Shown here piece by piece: positions 58,870-64,000 of a stretch of DNA of 64,000 bases (the stretch's first letter is position 1; the number at the start of each line of letters is the position of its first letter). The translations under genes were made by a program, and so were the position numbers. The stretch comes from Tubiluchus corallicola (lineage: Eukaryota > Animalia > Priapulida): contig JAQGDQ010000211.1 of the NCBI GenBank assembly GCA_030141605.1, forward strand, positions 22,885 to 86,884. Direction: 5' to 3'. The notes beneath the pieces are model-generated. The model was not told the origin of the DNA. It saw only the letters and a program-made list of their open reading frames with translations, and did not search any database.

Positions 58870-61227
58870 TACAAAAATACTACAAACAGATATTGAACAC
58901 TAATTTGTCCCACGTCGTACAAAGTCATTGAACTAAGCTGTATGTAATCCGATCAGAAATTTAGTCAACTCAATTAAGTTGTCAATTCTGACTTAATTTA
59001 TGTTCTAATAATCTTTATTTTAACATTTTCAAGGATATTCCGTGTACTTAAATTTTTATATTGTAACGTAGAGTGTATGGTGTTGGTTCGCTAATTCACA
59101 GCATAGTTGTGAAAACGTAAAAAAGCAGCAGTGAAAGTGAAATTATTGATTTAAGTAACTCGCCAGATGGCTAATCCATTGTGCGTCCATTGTTATTACG
59201 GAACAGGTGCCCTGTGCATCAGCCCATTGAACTATGAATTTTATTTCACACATCAAAAGATACAATATCAAACACATTAATAAACTTTAAATAAAATTAT
59301 TTGAGTAGTGAGAGGTGAGTGTACGACCATACGGTCATTAACACACTCACCTTACTTAAATGAAAAAATGATTATAGTTATGCGTGCTTCTGTAGATAAC
59401 TTAATGTAAATAAGGATGAAGTAAATGATGTAATAATAGCAATGATATAAGAGCAATAAACCTGAAAGTTGAGAAAGGAAAACATAATATGTAATTACGA
59501 CTTTGAGTGAGCCTTGATGAGTGAAAAATTATTTATTAAATAGTTACGAATATGAATTATGTGATTATGTGTCAATGCACCACTTACTTGTACTACAATG
59601 CACCATATTGCTTACTTGTATATACAATGATATACATATACACATATATGTACCCAAATTTAAGTGGGGGAGAAGAGATTAAATTATATATTATACTTGT
59701 AGTAATAACTACAATTTTATAGAACATTTAAATATAATTGATGGTAGTAATGTAGCCATTAACGGATGAGGCCATTCTTTAGCGACGGTTTTATACCTGC
59801 TATTCAATGCCACTATGTAACGGCTTCGCATAGAGGAGACCACCAAGATGTAGAGGGGCGGGTCGAAAATAAATGGTATTCAGCCCATGTAACACAATTT
59901 ATCAAATGGAATTGCATGTTTCCAGACATCTTAATGAAATTTTCACTGTGCTACAATGGGAAGTCAAGAAGGTACAGCCTGGAAGGACAAGAAAGGGGGT
60001 ACCTGAAGTAGGTTTCAGAAAAATCGCATTAAAAAATTATTTTATAGCAATTTTATGCGTATATCGTGTTCGCCTTGAAAAGATTTTTTGTTGTTTTCAT
60101 TTTAAATCTCCCACAATACTGTTCTGACTCCGCCATTACGTGACGTCATATACGCACAACATAAATCAGGGTAAGAAAAGTAAATGTTAAACTATGTCCC
60201 AAAAAAGTTTCCGTGCAAAATTATATTACTTAGCATTTTGTTTACCTGCTTGAAGACTTATGTAACTAGAAAAACAAATTATTAATTATTTAAAATACTT
60301 TCACCAATTGGTAAGATGTCGCTGACACACCCTCCAGGGTGCACCACTCACTAACCAAAAATGTATTTTTAATTTTATTGACAAGATACAGTAATTTAAA
60401 ATTTTACTTAGTTAGTGACGCGTGCGCTACGAATGCTCTGATTTTTTTTCAAACTTTACTCAGTATTATCTAAACTCGTTTCAAATGACTTATCGTCAAA
60501 ATGGCTGAGTCTAACGGTCATCGCGGGAGTTTAAATTTACATGTTGCATACAGCATTACTGCCGACGCAAGCCCTGTATGCAAAAAGGCAGTACACAAGT
60601 GGTATAAAATATCAAGATGAATTTTTCAAGTTTTATGTAATTGGATGGTTTTCATGTTCTTAATACTGCAAGGTGGGACTACATTTGCAAGATGAAAATC
60701 TCCCTACCAACTGGTTAAAGCACAAATCTACTAAACACCTTTTGTTCACAGAGGCCTCAGTTGTTCACAGATAAAATTACTAATTTAAATAAGAACAATT
60801 GCACGGAGCAACTTAAATTAATTTTATTGCAGTAAGAACAACACATGAACAACATACAAACACATTCTTCTAACAGAAACTGAATATAAACAATGCCAGT
60901 CACCAGTAACAGTACTTATTTTTAAATGTACATGCTTTTTTAAATACATTGTTAAAATGTAAATGCTGCAAAGACTTTTTAGCAGAACAATAGCATTACT
61001 GATCAGAAATGTTCATAAATGCCAAGTTTGAAGTATCTACTGAAGAGCAGTCAAATGAACTGATGACAAATGTTCCTAGGGTCACACTGCTAACAGCCGA
61101 CGTTAACCTACCATTATGTAATGCTAATTCTATTAAAATGGCTGCGTTGTTTGAGTTAACCTACCAACCCTTAATCCAGATGTAACCAATGGCCCAAATA
61201 AAGTTAACCGGTGACTACTTAACAGGC

Positions 61228-61321
61228 GTCTATGGCCATATCACGTTGAAAACACTGGTTCTCGTCTGATCACCGAAGTTAAGCAATGTAGAGCCTGGTT
61301 AGTACTTGGATGGGTGACCGC
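61228..61321 (+). pseudogene. 3'-truncated 5S rRNA copy (pseudogene or SINE3 head)
   Basis: gtctatggccatatcacgttgaaaacac...gatcaccgaagttaagc...ggttagtacttggatgggtgaccgc matches about the first 94 nt of 5S; no 3' stem or oligo-T. Confidence 0.85.
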
Positions 61322-62084
61322 TGACTCTGGCAGCTCCCGCAGCCAATCTGGTGCCAAACGTATCACTCCGCTTTCCCTTGGACTACACCAGGGAGGAAGA
61401 GAGAGGGTTCCTGTTGTCTGGGCAACTCAGGATCTCCATACACCTTGCTCAGGCGTGCGCCCTGGAGACATTCAAGGATCACATTGCTCAGCCACAGTCG
61501 ACGCTGTAGCTCCATCAATGTGATCAATAACTGACTCTCATGGCGCACACTCCATTGTCTTCCGAGACAGAAGGATGCCAACAACTTACAGGCTAAAATA
61601 TTTTGGTTGCCATGGAAACTGAGTAAGAGTAAGAAACGTCGGTTCGTCTTTGACCGTACCTTTTTCATCAGCACCTCTTCCTTTACTTGGCAAATCCTCC
61701 GTTTAGGAATATTTCTCTTTTTTCTGAAACACGAAAAATCACTACTGAGCAAAATCTTTGCCGAGAAGAACGAACGTCACCACTTAGACGTTTTCGGTGA
61801 ACCTTTCGGTGTGACTTCTTCGGGACACAGAGACACACTGATCACATTTTGGTTAGTGTGACTGTGACAGTGCGAGAAACAGCAGCTTTCAAAGCAAACT
61901 GACATCACTGCTGTTAAACAAAACAGCAGAGCATATGGAATGCTGATATTATACTGCATCCTGGTATTCAACTCTCTGGAGCTATGTTATTATGTTAACG
62001 ATTATAGTTGTGGCGGGACTGAGACTTAGCTCATCAATAAGAATAATCCTTCAAGTCTAAGATGAGAGACACTGGAAAGTCTAT

Positions 62085-62520
62085 TAGATTTTAATAGATT
62101 TATTTTGCAATAAACATATACATTACATTACATGTGCACGATAATCAGTTTTTGTTAATACAAAAATATGATACAATTCATGAATACTGTGCTAGAGACC
62201 TAAGAAGCTAGCTTATGGTAGGCCACTAGAATTAGTTACGAAAAAAATTACAATATATACAGATACAACATTACAATATATACAAATATAAATACGGGTG
62301 GGAAGTAATAAAAATATTATTATACTATACAAATTTTTGAAAATGAAAAACAACAAATCATGATTGAGTGATCAGTTATATGTTTCAAGCAAGTTTAATT
62401 TATATTTTTTTTTAAATATGGAAAGCGAGTTGGCATTTTTAATAGCTGGAGCAATTGAATTCCATATGTAAGGGCCATTGTATTTAATAGAAAATTTTCT
62501 AACATTAGTGTTGCGGATAT
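62085..62520 (-). mobile_element. LINE 3' fragment (CR1/L2-group)
   Basis: Minus strand reads RKFSIKYNGPYIWNSI...SLSIFKKKYK*, followed by a UTR with AATAAA. Confidence 0.7.
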
Positions 62521-62778
62521 GAGATATGCTTCAGTAAACAAGTTTATCACCTACAAATTCATAAGGCCCAACATACAGTTTCAATATGCTTACCCTGTCC
62601 CACACACCTTTGAACAGAGATTCCGTGCATCGAGTCTACCTCCACCTGAGTGCGTTGGTCAACAGACTGGACAATGGGCTTCCCATCCTGAACACTCCAA
62701 CATAGAGAAGCAACGGCTAAAACAAGAAACGCTTTATTACCATTTAATTACATAATTCTTGTATAAGTCTACGCATGT

Positions 62779-63405
62779 TTAAACCAGAACCGGACTCAAT
62801 CTTAAACTGTAGGTGAAAACAATCTACTCTTCACAATATTGAAAGGAAATATAGTATTTTTTTCAAAAACGACTTACATGAAAGAATTGTTACCAACCAA
62901 AAAAACCAATTTGACGCTCACGGCATTAGTTCTTCCCTGTTACATGCATTTCACCATTCGCTAGTTAGACGGACACTAGCGCCTGCATTTCGGAAATGCA
63001 TTGCACAAAAAGCAGGTGCTGTACCTCTCAGTTCGGATGTGCTAGTTTGTGAGAGGTATAAACACATGTTCGATACCTTATGCATGAGCACAGGGGCAAA
63101 TCTGAAATTTTATTTTAAAACTTACCTAGTTTTAGTACAGCACATTGAATATCTTACAGTAGCGCTGTACTTCAATTTTCACTTTCACAAACACGTGTAA
63201 CACACTCGTGGAATATTTTTGACGTTGAAAATTATGTTAGTTTGTGATGTCATCAATGGTTGGGCTCGCCCGCCGTTAATTAAGATGTTAATTTGTTATT
63301 TAATTATTAGAAACGCTTTTGCAGTATTAATTGTGTTAAAACGTATACTTTTTACCTGACTTGAAAATGGAGTAGTATATGAAAAATCATCCTGTCTTCC
63401 TTTAA
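62779..63405 (-). mobile_element. TTAA-flanked family A, copy 4 (inverted)
   Basis: Reverse-complement homology to 20382-20995. Confidence 0.78.
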
Positions 63406-63602
63406 GAAAATGTAAAACAAAAATTGCAAAAATTCTAAGTCTTAAGTTGATTTGTTGACGAAATTAACTGTGTAAATCATGTTGATGATTAAAAACTAAG
63501 TCAAGTAGCTAAAAACAAGTGGAAAATGAACAAAAATAAATAATAACAAAAAGGAAAGACTTTCTTATATTATTTGTAATTAATAAATTAATTTACAGAT
63601 GA

Positions 63603-63800
63603 TTAAATTGCAAATGCAAAATGGGAATTTGGGACAATGGGAAAGGCTCTGGCAACTCAATTATAACCACAGCAGGAACAGATGTCAGATTTCTTGGGCT
63701 GGCTCGAAGGTGAACCAGATTCTGCTGGTGGGTGCCTGGCAATATGGCACTGAGTGGCAGTTCGTGTATAGTTATTGTGGAACTGCAACACCCCCTATTT
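63603..63800 (+). pseudogene. Frameshifted fragment of a C-type lectin paralogue
   Basis: LNCKCKMGIWDNGKG...(+1 shift)...WLEGEPDSAGGCLAIWH* aligns to the 58228 lectin. Confidence 0.8.
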
Positions 63801-64000
63801 TCACTCGATATTATTGATAATATTCAATATAATAAGTCTTTTTTATTTAGTTCTTTCTTTATACTTGTACCGAACTAAAGCAGGTGAGGGTAGTACTGTT
63901 TGCTTCACAGCCCAGCACAGTGGTGTTTGGCTGTTGTGGGCATGCGGTCAAGTGCGTATGTCTGAACCCAGGTAGAGAAAGTACTGTCGCTCACACAGTT

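Noticed and set aside
61228-61321. Functional 5S rRNA gene
   Set aside because: Lacks the 3' 25 nt or so and the terminator, and has CpG-type substitutions.

Overview
AT-rich, intron- and transposon-rich animal (invertebrate-like) genomic DNA, not prokaryotic; the taxon cannot be fixed from the sequence. I assembled four genes by hand from GT-AG junctions. (1) The 5' part of CHAF1A (CAF-1 p150; minus strand, runs off the left edge). (2) Head-to-head with it, a complete 18-exon GBA2 (GH116 non-lysosomal glucosylceramidase; 3370-41939, 846 aa, all phases consistent). (3) A two-exon, retrogene-like DLST (minus, 486 aa) with changes at normally conserved lipoyl and succinyl-pocket residues. (4) A secreted C-type lectin with one coding exon, plus a frameshifted paralogous fragment. 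Introns hold a 5'-truncated LINE with an open ORF2, RTE fragments, many MITEs (Tc1/pogo, hAT, piggyBac, Kolobok-like, MULE-like, Harbinger-like), a Penelope-type palindrome with hammerhead cores, and 5S rRNA-derived pieces. The most striking observations are three tandem arrays made of amplified GBA2 splice junctions, most units carrying AG|GT, and the DLST paralogue with a remodelled acyl pocket.
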